Source: Phoronis australis
Taxonomy: Eukaryota; Animalia; Phoronida
NCBI GenBank assembly: GCA_002633005.1
Contig: NMRA01000029.1
Span: forward strand, 381,396-445,395
Length of the DNA stretch: 64,000 bases
Direction: 5' to 3'
Shown here piece after piece: positions 13,301-28,300 of this stretch. Within the stretch, counting starts at the first letter, position 1; every line of letters begins with the position of its first letter. The notes beneath the pieces are model-generated. The model did not search any database. It saw nothing but the letters and a program-made list of their open reading frames with translations, and was not told the DNA's origin. A program made the position numbers and the translations under genes.

Positions 13301-16300
13301 GGAACGTCGCGGCAGGACTGAAGACATCACGAACATAAACCAGCCAAAGTAGGTAACTAAATGCCCAGTCACGAAAAGACTATACTAGTGAGCTGAAGAA
13401 ATAATGTGCACGTGATTATTTTGGTGAATTAGCCATGAAAGTGCAAACTACTTACTCGTCGGGGGCCCGCGAAGTCAGGTTCCCTTCCCACAGAACCATC
13501 AACTAAGGCAAAATTTATACAGTAAAATGATTCAAATCTATATCTAAATAAAGATTCCCCTAACATCTGACCATAGGATATAAAATCGAGTAACTGTTTC
13601 ACAACAGTTTTCTGTCAGCAAACACTGAATTAGCATAAACACGGCCTCGGTGCCCCGTCAATTAGCTTTACTGCTTTTAAAGCTGGTAAAGAAGTGATTT
13701 ATTCATTGCTGGATTCTCAAAACATTCGCACTCTCGAACACTCCAAAGGCACTGCAAATTGCCTTTAATGAGACAGTCTTTGTTTCAGTTTGGTTAGGTC
13801 TAGGGTGAGAATAATTCATTTTGAAACAGAGCACACAATAATAAACGTCAACATGACAACTCGCAATCCCAACTTAGACAAGTGCTCACATCCGACGAAG
13901 GCTTCACAGGACGATCGTTAGGTTTAACAGGCTACCAGTTCAAACCGGAATACACTGATAAAGAAAATACTAGAGAGGTGCCGTGAACGAGCACAGACAA
14001 CGGAAAATTTTTCTCATGCCGTGAATTAATTGTAATCGTTTATGGCCAACTATAATTCTCCATAATCAAAAACTGATCAACAACTGATCCACGTTTCTTT
14101 GTCTCCTGCATGCCCAACAAAAGGTGACTTCAGCCTCAGTCTCTTTTTCTGCCTTGGCATGAGCTGTTTGGTAAGCTGGCATTTGTCAGTGAAATCACTG
14201 TTGACGAAATGCCGGCCACAGATACGGAGATGTTTCACGGCCTCATACTTAGTATTAACAACGTACTTTTCATTCTTCACTGCCGCAAGCCGCTTCCGAA
14301 GCATTGCGGGCTCTTGAGGAAATTGAAAAAAAAAAACGATTTACCCACTTTCCTCGCAGCCTCATAGTTCTCACAAAAGGGAACGATACACCACACCATA
14401 GCGGCACTCACACTGCAAAAGAACCACTGACGTCGTTTCTTACCTTCCTCACACCTCTTCAAGAGGTAAGATTGACCGTATACAAGGTGATGTGGATATA
14501 GATCGATTAAGACAGTAAAAAAGACTAATTAAATCGAGTGGCATTCTCCTTTAAAAGCATTATTAAAAAATTTCCAATTAATCATTTCTTCAGTTTGACA
14601 AAAATTATTATGGCAAAGAGTTCACGTAAAGTTTTCAAAAAGACGCTAATGTTATTTTGCCCAGGCAAAATGGCACAGATCAGAATGAAACTTAATTAAT
14701 GACACCTACCGGCGGTATCTGGTTTTGATCAGTGAAGTTCAGGTTAAACTGACCAATCCACAACTTGTCACTTCCGACCTCTATGCCCGATGATACCCAG
14801 ACATTCGAGCCAACAACATTGGCACTGTGATTGACTACGGTCATGGAGAACGAGAACGCGATGTTATTGGCCGACGGATTGTAGCTAGTGTCGTGTAGGT
14901 CAGTAGTGGATAACAAGCCAAAGGAAATGGTCCCAATGTCATTGACATCACCTGATCGTGACTTGTAGGAGATGGTTGGTGTCACCGCGGCGATAACATT
15001 AGCACCGAGGTCATACTGAATAAATAATGANGTAAAAAAGACTAATTAAATCGAGTCTCATTCTCCTTTAAAAGCATTATTCAAAAATTTCCAATTAATC
15101 ATTTCTTCAGTTTGACAAAAATTATTATGGCAAAGAGTTCACGTATAGATTTCAAAAAGACGCTAATGTTATTTTGCCCAGTCAAAATGGCACAGATCAG
15201 AATGAAACTTAATTAATGACACCTACCGGCGGTATCTGGTTTTGATCAGTGAAGTTCAGGTTAAACTGACCAATCCACAACTTGTCACTTCCGACCTCTA
15301 TGCCCGATGATACCCAGACATTCGAGCCAACAACATTGGCACTGTGATTGACTACGGTCATGGAGAACGAGAACGCGATGTTATTGGCCGACGGATTGTA
15401 GCTAGTGTCGTGTAGGTCAGTAGTGGATAACAAGCCAAAGGAAATGGTCCCAATGTCATTGACATCACCTGATCGTGACTTGTAGGAGATGGTTGGTGTC
15501 ACCGCGGCGATAACATTAGCACCGAGGTCATACTGAATAAATAATGAACAACAGCTTATTTTACAATAGCATATAATTATTAACAAGATACAGCAATTTT
15601 CAATTCTAAGAAATCCTCGTTGCTAAATGTTCTTAAAACTAAAAATAAATTGTTTTCATCGATTGCTATTACTCAGAGGAAAAATAGTTAATATTGTTTA
15701 CTAACATTCTCACTCAAATGATCTGTTTGATATCATTCACTATCTGTTAAGCTTAATAAAAAAAACCTCTTAAATGACGAGAAATACCCACAGCCAAGTG
15801 TATCGAACGAAAGAGGTTATCTCAACGATAAGAGTTTTTATAAATTAATAGTACATGTGTACACATCATGGATGTACTTAACATGACCAAAACATAAATA
15901 GAAACTGAACAACAAAAAGGTCCACACTGTTTTTAATGCTATAATTAAAGAAATGCATTTATTGTTTTGATAGTGATATCTGAATTTTTCAATCCAAAAT
16001 TTTGCTATCGTACAATTCGTTACAATTTTTGTTATACCTTCATACTGCAAACTTGAAGTTGAGGAAGTCCATTGGTCAGAGGTCCAAAAACCTGCATCTG
16101 ATACACTTCCATGCTGTTTGGAGGTGTTTCCAAAGTGAATTCAAACAACACAGACTGTCCAATGGTAACATTTTTCGCAGACATTTTTGAATTTTTGAAA
16201 GTTGGAGTAGAAGACTGCAATGAAAAATGGCAGCAATAAGAGCAATAACACAACACAATGCCATCTAGTGGCAAGAAGGGGTAACACAGTCAAACCCTTG

Positions 16301-19300
16301 GTATGAGACATGGAGTTCTATGGGTAGACCTCAGTGCGCATACGTTGGTTAACTTTCACACTAAAGAAATGGTCCAGGCACGAGTCAGAAAAGGTTGTTG
16401 GATTAACATATTCAGCACACAGTTGACTTCATGCAAGATGAAAATATAGTCAACTTCCTGACAGTGTTCATTTCCTTATTAGGAAAGTCATGTGAGTTGA
16501 CTAGCCTGACAGGTGTCGCATCAGTTCTACATGCATTTATTAATGAATTAATACCAACGCAGTATATGAGCATTTGATGCCTCTCATTCAGTGGAGAAAA
16601 CTGGTTCTCAGAATTCAGGCACGTTATATCAGACCATTATCTTATATAAATACATAAACTAAACACCTACCAAGGGAGGTAGTGGGGATGCATCGCCTAT
16701 AGTGACGTTGAATTGACCTGCCCAGATGCGGTTCGAGTTGATTTGGACTGCAGCTCCGACGTAATGTCCTGTACCGACTAATGAAGAGTCATTCTTCACC
16801 CACATGACTACCTTGAATTTCAGTAGGCTGTCATCGGCTGCAGTCGAGCCAAGACGTGCTATAATTGCAATAATGCATATTTCATATAAATCTGTTTTGA
16901 AGTTACGAAACAAAAGGGCTACCAGAAACATCCTTAACCTCTAGTTAATTAAAGATATCACCATAAAAATAGCTTAAAATTTGGGATAATTTCTCAAATA
17001 GATGTTTTTTCCATTTATCGAATTACTGTAGAAAATTGCCGCAAGATGTCGGATGACATTTCTTCAATACAACACAAAGGTTTCTGTGAGCTTATTTTAA
17101 CTACAAATTTGATAAATTTGAAAAATGGCACTTCGCTTTCATAATGTGTCTTCAACCAAAGAATTTAACGGTACTTTCAGAAATGTAGACAAAGGCCATG
17201 CAGCAGATTCCTCAGGTGAAACCGCAAAAGTACCACAGTATAATTAAAGGAGAATGCCACCCGATTTTTTTTAGTCTTTTTTACCGTCTTAATCAGTCTA
17301 TATCCATGTCGCCTCTTACATGGTCGACCTCACCGTGCTGAGAGCTGTCGCGTTAACCTGTGAGGAAGATGAGAAATGACGCAGCGACGTCAGTGGTTTG
17401 TCTGCAGAGTGAATGCCACTATATTGTGGTGCATTGTTCCTGTTTGTCCGAACTATGAAGCTGCGAAGAATGCGGGTGTATCAATTTTTCGACTTCTGCG
17501 AGAGCCCGAAATGCTTAGGAAGTGGCTCGCGGTAGTGAAGAATGAAAGGCATGCTGTTAATAGCAAGTATGAGGCCGTGAAACATCTCCGTGTCTGTGGC
17601 CGGCATTTGATCGACATTGATTTCTATGACGAATTCCAGCTTACCAAAGAACTATCCATACATTCCGTTGCCTGTGCATGTTCACGGCGCCTCTCTAGTA
17701 TTTCTTGATCAGTGCATCCCAATTTGTAATGCCTTTGCAGTATTCGTGAGTGCAAATGTTGAGAAGCCAGCAATGATTAAACCACTGCGTTACCGGGTTT
17801 TGATGTCGGCAATCAAAGTAATTGACCGGGCACCGAGGCCGTGTGAGCGCATGCTAATTCAGTTTTGATGACAGAAAGCTGTTATGAAACAATTACTCGA
17901 TTTTATATGCTATGGTCACATGTTAGGGGAATCTTTACTTAGAAATACAAATACATTATTCAAATCATTGTTACTGTACAACCTTTGCCCTGACGATCTA
18001 TGGAAGGGGAACCCGACTTCGCGGCTCTCGACAAGTATGTAGATTTTCAGTTTCGTGGCTAATTCACATAAATAATTACGTGCAAATTATTTCTTTGGCT
18101 CACTATTATAGTCTTTTCGTGACTGGAGGTTTAGTTTCCAATTCAAGTCGGTTTATGTTCGTGCCAGTCCCGGCAGCCGCGATGGGCCTGGATCCGGTTC
18201 TGATCGGCCGGCATAACAAGCGTTTTGTGTGTTTAGAACTAACTCTAGTCTAAACAACACAGATCTAAGTTCTCCTGTCTGTATTTCAAAGAAGAATACT
18301 TCGAATTTATCTCTGAACAGACCCCAAACTCCTGCCGAACTTTGTAGGCTACGGTGTGTCCAACTACCAATAAATCCGTAACGGCGAACTAAAACAACGC
18401 GTTTTTATAAGAACTCAGAGTATTTTTAAGGGTTTTACATCGAAGTTTGATGATTTATTGGTGTTAAACGATGAATTCAAGCGACAAGCTGACACCAGTA
18501 ACCCGTGTTGTGAACTGCTGAATAGACTGCGTGTGAAACCAATGACGTCATTGGATAATTTCAACACCACCGTCTGCCGTCAGGTAACGCAACCGAACGT
18601 GCCGTTATCGAGTAGAACTACTTGATCTAAATTGATTCAAAATAGGTTGTTTTTTGGGTGGCATTCTCCTTTAAATGCAGTAAGCCCATATTCAAACTGT
18701 GGTTCCCTTTGCTCATAGTCTCACTAATCTGAACTGCTTATGTAACTTAATTAACTCTTTGCAATAAAAAAATTCATTTGTCAGGGTTCAGCGCCCCTAT
18801 CAGTGGTGAGTAGTAACATACTTATTTTAATGTGTCACCGAGACTTGTTTGCCAAAACTTGAGACAAGTTTGAATGGTCTGCAAAAACAGCGACCAGCTT
18901 TGAAAAAGCCATCGCCACAATGTTTCTTCAGCTTTAAATCAGGTTCAACAACATCTAACCGCATAAGTAGATCGAGTGACATGGCACGCACAGGAGCACT
19001 TACAGTACAAGCCAAAAGTATCAAGTCAAAATGACCATAATTTGTCGTCATGACGACTGGGTGGAAGCCAAAGACATTGTCTTCCCTCTTGACCAAGAAT
19101 GACAAGAAATTCAGAAAGGTTGCTAAACCATTCTACAAACAGAATTTTGCCGCCCTAATAGTTATTACATGTAATTTTTTGCAGTTAACAGATTTAACCG
19201 TCATCACGGGAAAACAGTATTTTGTATGGTTACTTTAGTCTTGTACTGTTAGGAAAGGTAAACAGCAAAGCCTATTTGAACTCAAGGTCAGCTGGTACAA

Positions 19301-22300
19301 TGCTTCTGACATGTTTGTTGGTGCTTGCTTCATTCCGACACGTCTGAGTCATCAGTAGGAGGACACCAAGTAAATTTGGATTAAAATCATACTCACTAGC
19401 TTGCACGACTGTGCCTAAGTCCAGAGACACTTTGTAATTCCACATTTGGCCCGTACGTTGATGAAATGATTTAGTGCCAGCATTCCTATCGAGTAGGCCA
19501 TCATAGCTGATCCCATGAGATGTCAACCCTATGTCCTTCACAGACATTACTTCAGACACACTTTCATTGACTTCTGAGTAGACATCAAGGATAAGCTTTG
19601 TAGAAATATCCTTCAGAGTGACATTCAGCATAAATTCTGCCATTCGACCAATTTCGACAGAGCTCGGTCCGCCTAGATTCACTTCGGGCAGTTGTGAAGT
19701 TTCTTTCTGAAAATTTATCAACATTGCTAACTAAAAGTAAAATAGTTAGAAGTATAGACCGTAATTACATGAGGACAATATACAACTCTTCACCTGATTT
19801 AATATCAGTTTCTGTCTAGTGATGAGATGGCGTACCGGCAACAACAACCAAAAAACAAGGGTGCAAGGCACAGTGTACCTCTAAAACGCATACAAAGCAA
19901 CAACGTGAAAGGTTACTTGAGTGGTGAAACCTACAACTCAGAACAAACTAAATTTGTGCACAAAATGTGCATGGCTAGTCATCTCACCATTTAGTTTTTA
20001 TCAACGAGATCATTGCGGGCTTAGCTATTCAAAACCTATAATGGGTAATAAAATAATGGTCTTCTCATCCAGGACCATAAACCCTTTGTTAAGCTTTGTT
20101 TACTTACACAGGTCAACCGAGACAGTTGTAAGGGTTCTCAAAAAACTATTCACTAACCTTACATGTCAAGGCCTATTGTGTGTGAACGACACCCATGAAT
20201 TACAACAAACCATAAAATTTTGAGCCACAAAGATGACTAGATAACCCTACCAAACCCAAAACAATGACTTCCAGCAGGGATGAAGCAAACTTCAACTCCG
20301 ATTGAATACGTAACATTAAAGTAGCTAAACCCGAGTTTGGAAAATGAAATTCACGTGAACCGATTTTTGTATTTTAAATCGAAACGAATTATGACCATTG
20401 AACGGGGAACAAAAAATCCCCAAAGCTGTGAGTTCTCGCATTATCTAATAAAAACCTCAAAATATTTGAAAGTGCTTATAAACCCACTTTCAGTCACAAA
20501 AAACAACCTTTGTTTTAGACCATTTAACCTTAATTAGTCTCAAACTATTCCTTAGTGAAAATGGGTCTGATTTCTAAGCTTGGAAAGAACTGACTGTTCA
20601 TAAATTGCTTAAGGCAAGGTTCCTCAAGTTGACTTGTAAAGTCATGTCATTTTATTCAGATACCACGGTCTCTGGCTATAAGGAACAGTCAGCTCTTTGC
20701 AAGACCATAAATCACTTCTCATCTTTAGTTAGTAATACACAAAAAAGAATCAAGTTGAGACCAATTTTACAGCGGCAAGGGGTCTATATCAAACTTTTAA
20801 TTTCTCCGATGTGAATTAGGTTTAGTGTCGCTTTAATTGGTGTCCGAAGAGAAATCTGAAACATTGGCAATTTGCCAATGACCTCAACGTGCTTGAGAAA
20901 AAAAATTCAAATCAAACTCGTAAAACCTTGAATAATTCAAATATCAATTCGTAAAACTTCAGAACCTATGAACATAAGATAAAACAAGGATTCAGCAACT
21001 TTAGGTCAGCCTAGCTCAAAGCCCTATTTTCACTGGTATATTAAGTATCATCACCAAAGCATAACTCACATATCTGCTCACTAGGTGGCACAAATAAACA
21101 AAGGCCCATCTTTTTACTTTTAATAGATTGAGAGCAGAAATAATCACCATGAGACCGTTGGTGGGATAAGGGACACATGTTTATACAAGAGTGAACAGGA
21201 AATGACCAATGGCAAAAAAGAGGAAAATTTTCCAGGTATTGTTATTGTTCCACAAATAGGCTTGTGTAATAGAAATATTTTTTGTGTTGTGAAACTTAAC
21301 AGAAACAAACATTTTTGCATGAACGAAGTAAAGATAAACACATAAAAAAGAGACGAAAAAAGAGGAAACTGGAAATCAAATATGAGGAAATAGAAACCAA
21401 AAAAGAGGAAATTCTTTTAAGAGAGGAAAATTCCAAGCCATGAATGAATCTTGTTCCATTTGCAACACTTAATAAATTTCAAGTCCCCATTAATTTAAAG
21501 TGAAAGTTTGGCAAAGGATGACTTCCAACATGGTATAATACATTCACTCACATCAGTCAACACGGCCATGGAGGTTTGCCCAATCCATATCTCGCTTCCG
21601 TTGGTGTGCTCCAGACCAGCACTGATCCAATGAGAGCTGGCATTTGGAAGCGAGTTACTAATGTCCAACACCACAGCATCAAAGTCGATGAAAATAGCAC
21701 TGTCGTTGTAGTTACTGGCCGAGGCCACTGTGTTGTTGATATCGCCAAAGTTAAACACAGCGTGGTTGTTCTTGATAAAAAAGAGATATCAACTATTAGT
21801 GATGAAATGAATGACCAGAATAACACAAACTGCATTCTCTTACTTGCAAGTGCTGAAGTGTTAAAGAACAATCAAAGCCATCCAATATTGACATTTTGAT
21901 ATTAATACAATATTTCAAGGGTCAGGTTTTAATAGCCAATTTTAATTTTTCCGTTTTATCAAGCAAAGCACCTTATCTGATGTGTTAACCCTTGAGGATA
22001 ACGTAGGTGTGACTGCGGACAAGTCACCGATACTCCCCACCAAGTTGCTTCCTACATGTGACACCTTGGCACCATAGAGCATCATGACAACCACAGACTC
22101 ATTGATAGGAGTGAACAATTCAGCGACCACAGACTCAGTATTCCCTGCAGGGAGATGGATGGCAGCTCTTAGTGAAATCCGTTTCCCGATACTGATGGCA
22201 GTGACTTCCTCACCAGCTCCCATCTTGGTAAAATAGAACGCTACGCTGCCAGGAACAGCAGGCCCAGTAAAATTTATCTGAAAACACATAATTGCATAGA

Positions 22301-25300
22301 TAAGTTAAGAAAATAATTACAACATACATTTTTGTTTCTACATAATTATTCAAATAGTGGTGATGTGTAGTTTGTAATGATATTAGAGTTCACCAAAATT
22401 AAATTACCATAAAGTGCTATAGACAAAATAAGGTATTTTCAATAACTATTAATAATGCAATGACCATAAATATAAGGCCATACCTTTTCTTTCATGGATG
22501 GAGAGGAAAACATGGAAAATAGACACTTGTACTATTGACATTGACATGCTAAAACCACAGTCCATGGACACATTGAATGTTGAGACATAAAAAATGCTAT
22601 CAAAATGTGTTGTGAATTTTATATTTAAATCAGCACTTTTATTCATGCCAGAATGCAAATGGTCCAGAAATAGAGAATCCCACATGAGTCTCAGATTTAT
22701 GACATGGGCAAAACCTCTTGGAAATTCCATCAAAGCTCCAAGGCTTCCGATGAATTTTGACAAAATTTCCAAGAAATTTTGCCCATATCATGAACCTGAG
22801 ATGAGCGTAGGATTTGTTTACTCACAAGAACCGTAAAAACGATCTTTTTTGCGAAAAAACTTGACGTGTCTAAAACTTTCAACCACATGACGCAACTTTT
22901 GTACAAACACGCTTGCGCAATGATGTAAAGTAATTCATCAGTTACTTTTTGTTGATAGTTTTATTCTAAGTTTAGCAATTGTAAATTGCATCCAGCTTTC
23001 GCAGCAAATATTCAAGTTTGAATCTAATAATTATAGTCTTTGAACTTGTAATGTTAAAACTTAAAAATGTTTTTAAATAACAGTCAACAAGGCTTCCCTG
23101 CGCGGGAGAATTGAATCGACCTTGACAATCTCGCCGCGTTTCTAGAGTTGGGACTCGTCTCCATTTGAATGAAGGCGAATATAGAATTCGACACTGAAGA
23201 CGGATCCGCTTAAGAAGTTGTTTGCATGTCCTTCCAACTGGGAGTACGTACAGTTGCAGCACCCGATTTGTCAATCATAAACTTGTCACCTTCGCGGAAT
23301 TCCGGCATTGGTTGGCTCACGTTTGGTTGTTTTAGTGTTTTGCAGCAACAAAATGCAAGGCGCATGGATGTCTACTTTACACTATTTTGTGATTTGCCCA
23401 TGTAATATCAAAAAATTAGTACGTACTCGGTGTTATTAACCAGTCATTTCGTAACACATTCCAGGTCATGTCAGAATATAACATAATGGCCTTATTTTTG
23501 ATGTAAAGCCATGCTAGACTATATAAGTCAATAGTCTAATATATGATATTCTTCACCTATGTAGTACACAGTATGGCTGACAAAGGAAATCTCATTTCCT
23601 AACATTTCTCGAGAACAATAAAGATCAGAAAATTTTGGTATAACTTGTTGAAGAAATTACACTCGCACCGAAACTTGCATTCATTATGTCCTGTTTGGGA
23701 GAAAAGCATCCAAATCAATGGACCAATAGGCAATTGTCTATTAGCAAGCAATATAGGGCTGTCCCGGAGTACATGCAGGTAAAACTATCCTTTGTCTTGG
23801 AGTAAAGAAAGCGCATGACCTTCTTTTGGAAATCAGGCATATTTGCGTGTCTTTCATTGATGTCGGGAAGGTGAAGAATTTCACATCCCACATCCACGGG
23901 TATTTATCCAGTTTATCAAACTTTCTCACATCGGTGTTGCAGCCCACAGCACAGCAATAATACCTCATCAGCAATGGAAGGATAGACAGAGTAATGCAAT
24001 TGAGAAAAACTTGTAAAGAATCAGACAACAAATAACATGAGAAACTTATGAAAACAAGACAGCAAATGTGCCTGATGGATGTTTAAGGCATTGTGGGTAA
24101 ATACCGCGAGATTCAATGTTGCTGTGTAATCTGGGACTGTCCTATTGTCTACTAGAAAGCAATCTGTTCAAATGTTATATCACACCCAGAAGTCGGATGA
24201 TACAACAACCATTGGCCAAGTTTATATGGCATTGAAGATGTCATTAAACAACAATTGGGTAAGTTGCCGTGACTTTTAGATGGACACTTTTGGCAATTAT
24301 TTTTGTGCAAAATAATGAAAAATTACCATACCAAGTTTTACAGAACAGTTTACAATGTTTTCATAAAGCCTCAATTTGCTAAATAAAATTAGCTGCAAAA
24401 CTCTAGCTAGGATCGATGGTCAAACCCCTGACCTAAAAGTAAATTCCAATTTTTATATTCAATTTGATGAAAAGGCAACTTGCATACCATATAAATGTTT
24501 GTAAACTATTACTTTAAGGAATGGCAATTAGGTCTGACCAATTACAATACATATTTGTGTTGGTCTCTAAAATATTCCTATCAGTCTTGCGACACGTCGA
24601 TATGAGTGCAATGGAACAAGACTTACAGCCCATTGAGCCCAATGTCACCAATTTCAGACAAAATTGTCAAAATTGATTTTTTTAATTTTTCAAGGACTCC
24701 TAAATTTGTTGTGAATCCCCACAAATTTTCAAAATATTTTCTTCTAGTAGCTACTGTACACGGCAGACCTTGGATAAGACAAAAAATTGGTAAACACAAT
24801 TTCACCTTAACGCCATATAAGGTGTCCAAAACTGGCTAGATTTTACTATGGTCTTTAAAAATGTTACTTACATCACGTCTGTGACGATCTAACACTTCCT
24901 CCTTGTTAGGTACAATGTTTAAAGTCATGGTAGCCACACCAGTGACATCTTTTGTGCAGGGGTGAATGTTGCGTGCTTCAACAACAAGAGTTTTCTCAGC
25001 CACGTAAATATCTCTCGTGGAACGAATATCTCCAGTGGACTCATCAATGGAAAACTCGTCCGTTTCCGAAGACAAGATGTAGTGAATGCTGGCACACGAA
25101 CATTTTCCGCTGTTACATGTGTTGACGAAGTCCTCATCGTCAGCGCTGACTGTGTACACCAAACTACCCACAGACAGAAATGGCTGCGTCACAACAGTTG
25201 CAAAGGACTCGTGAAAAGTTGGATAAAACTTGTTGTCTGAAAATCATTGAGGAGTGTTGAAGGGCGTCAAGGTTACACGGACAAAGTAAAGCAAAGTCTT

Positions 25301-28300
25301 AATAACTTAAGAGCAATGCAAAGCTTCCACGGGTGTTTATTAGCATCACGTAACATATAGAATAAAAATGTCACTAGGGAAAACAGCTCGAGTCAAATTA
25401 ACAATTAAAGTGGCTTGATCTCTTAACTTTTTTACAAAATTTCGAGAACATCCGTCATTGGAGCTCAGTGTAGGACGACATAGAACCATGCGATAAAAAA
25501 CCCTAACCCTCAACTGGAATATACATATTCTAAATTTCATCAAGAGCTAAGGAACTTGGTAGATATAGATACACAGGCAAAATTACGAATTGCTACAAGC
25601 CATATATCTAACAGAAACCTATCTGCTAAATTTCATGAAAATCTGTCAAGAAACTCGGTAGATCATGGGCGGCGCACCATAGACCCTATTCACGCCGACA
25701 GGAGGCGCATTCCAAATCGAGGCTCGCTACGATGCTCTGTTAGCTTATCGGCATAGTTCTGTCAGATGTTTCAGACCGTGTTGTTCCGCGAACGGCTAGA
25801 AAAAATACGGACATGCAACTGTCTGCTTCACAATCTCTACAGACGTTGAGATTCGGAAGCGTTGGGTCGTTGCCGCGACGATGCAACATATGTCCGTGTA
25901 AAATTTATGAATGTTTTCGAAAAGTTAGATCATATTTTGTCGCATGTCGGTCAGTTGTTCCCGTAACGACCGGAGAATGGGCCAGCCAGGCTGTGTTTTC
26001 ATGACTACGGATTTAGGGGGGGGGNTTATTATATCAGAATTGTCACTGTATCAATGAAACAAGCTGACACTCTTGTCAAGGAAAGTGGACGCGTGAAATA
26101 CACAAAAACGTAAATAAACGACGACTATGTAATTTACCATAAGCGACACGAAGTTCAAATAAGCCAGTTTAAAAAGGACATGAATGATTAGTTTTTAAGT
26201 TCTATGTTTCACTTTACGGTGGTTAAATATTTATACTCGTAATTTTTGTATTTTTTTCCTGAAAGAACATTGTGCAAGAGCTGCGCACAAAATGAGGTAA
26301 AATTCTAGCAAGACACTTACAGCCGATTTCATAAAGATGGTTTAAAGTTAAACCTGGTTTTAACTGGACTTAGACCAGGTTTAAAGATAATCTGCATTTC
26401 GTAAAAGTGATTTAACTTTTAGACCAGTGGTCTAATAATACCTGGTTTAACTCCAGTTTAGACCTGGTCTAAGTCAGTTTTCATTTCACCAACGAGGTAG
26501 CTATATTCTTTAAACCTGTATTAAGATCTTAAACCATGTTTAACTTTAGACTTGGTCAGACCCAAGTTTAACTGTTAAATATGTCAGACTTGCATGATAA
26601 AGGTACAACTGAATGATGCCGCGGAGAGTATTTGCAACGCAGTTTTAGAGCGAAAATGGACTATTTGAGTCAGTTTTACTATGACACAGGGGCGAATCCA
26701 GGATTTTTAAAGGGGGGACGGTGAAGGACTTTTTGAAAAGGGGGGCCAAGTCAACAACTTGAAAATTATAGATTTGGTATCACTAAAATCAAGGGAAAAA
26801 GGGGGCTCCGCACCCCTTGACCCCCGTACGTGGATCCGCCTATGCGTAGACCAGTACTTGCTGGAGTGCGGATTTCTTAGAATGCGACTGGTCGAGCAGG
26901 GCGTCATCGTCGTAAGCGCTACGGATTTGACTAAAGACAGCATCTTCTGATTCTTCTGACTGAGTTCCACCTCCACTGTTCTCCGATATAACCCCAGAAG
27001 GCCCAGATGTTCAAAAATGTACTTAAAAAATTGTTTGAGCTCAAAAACACTTGAAGTTAGGTCACTAGATGATGAAAAAAACATTAAAAGAAAAATTGCA
27101 CTCAATGACCTCGTTTTGTGCAATGTTGAAATTTTGCAACACTGGGAGCTGACAGTAGCAAATGTCCAATATTTATCAAGATATTTATTTATGAAAATCA
27201 CTACAAAAGAACATAAGATGAAACACTTTTGATATAACAATTACTCTAATTATCAGCAAAAACTCTTCCAACTTTCCTTCTGCTCAATTTCAGATAAGTT
27301 TGTTATACTCGTAAAATCAGGTACTTGTAAAGTTTAGTAATTCGCATACAATTCTTGTAATAAAGTCAACACAGTGTGTTCAGAGAACTCTTCCATAGCC
27401 TCTATGGGTCACTGATTCTCACTGTTGCATCTAAACACCATACAATTTAGTTGTAAAAACTAAATGCGATACAGACAGAAACAGTTTTTTGTGAAATGAA
27501 GTGTTTCTCGCACACACTTCCGGTATTCCGTCAACACAGTACTTGCAATGATCTCCTTTACCATTTTTTATGGGTCAACAACCCACACCATTGTAGCTAA
27601 CGTCACCCGGAACAACTTTTTTTTTGTCGTCTTTGTTGGTGCATGTTTTGGCTACTTAACCTCATCCAACAATGGCTGGTCTCACTTGGGAGCTTTGCAC
27701 AGTGATGTCGCAATATGGGCCTGGAAAGTTCTCAGCTTCGCGAGCTCACCTTCGGGCTTTGAAGAGCACATTTTTGGTACATAAACCAAAGATTGACCAC
27801 AACAAAGGTATAATGTACCAGAAAAGGTACAGATACCACCTTCCGAGTGTAATGTCGTAGTTGTACTATGCTGACAGGGCATCCAACAGGTCGAGACCAC
27901 CATAAACTTATTGCACTGGCTTCACACGAAATGTCCTTGGAATTTAGACATGGGCCTTAGAGCGTTTGCCCCATATTCTTACATTATCAGTTGGGCTAGC
28001 ACCAACAAAAGGTGACTTGATAGATACTGGCTTGTTGCCATACCAGTGCACAATGCAGATGTTTTCGTCGACCTTGACTTTTTCTTCAAATGAACATCTT
28101 CCTTATTTTTTGAGACTGTACGCATGGATACGATTGGCTCATATACTAGTATTGGTTCATCGTCACTGTCAGAGCTTTCATAATCGCCACCAAGTCACGC
28201 TCATCTCCAAAAAATGTGACACATCACCCAACTTGAGGGTTTTCCTTGTCGTTTTGACTCTAAAAATCAATCAGTAAATCGATTAACTCATTCAATTAAG

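Noticed and set aside
16259-16273. Isolated intronic CTCF-like motifs (tgccatctagtggca; also ~21078)
   Set aside because: Single short matches cannot be told from chance without a motif scan and binding data.
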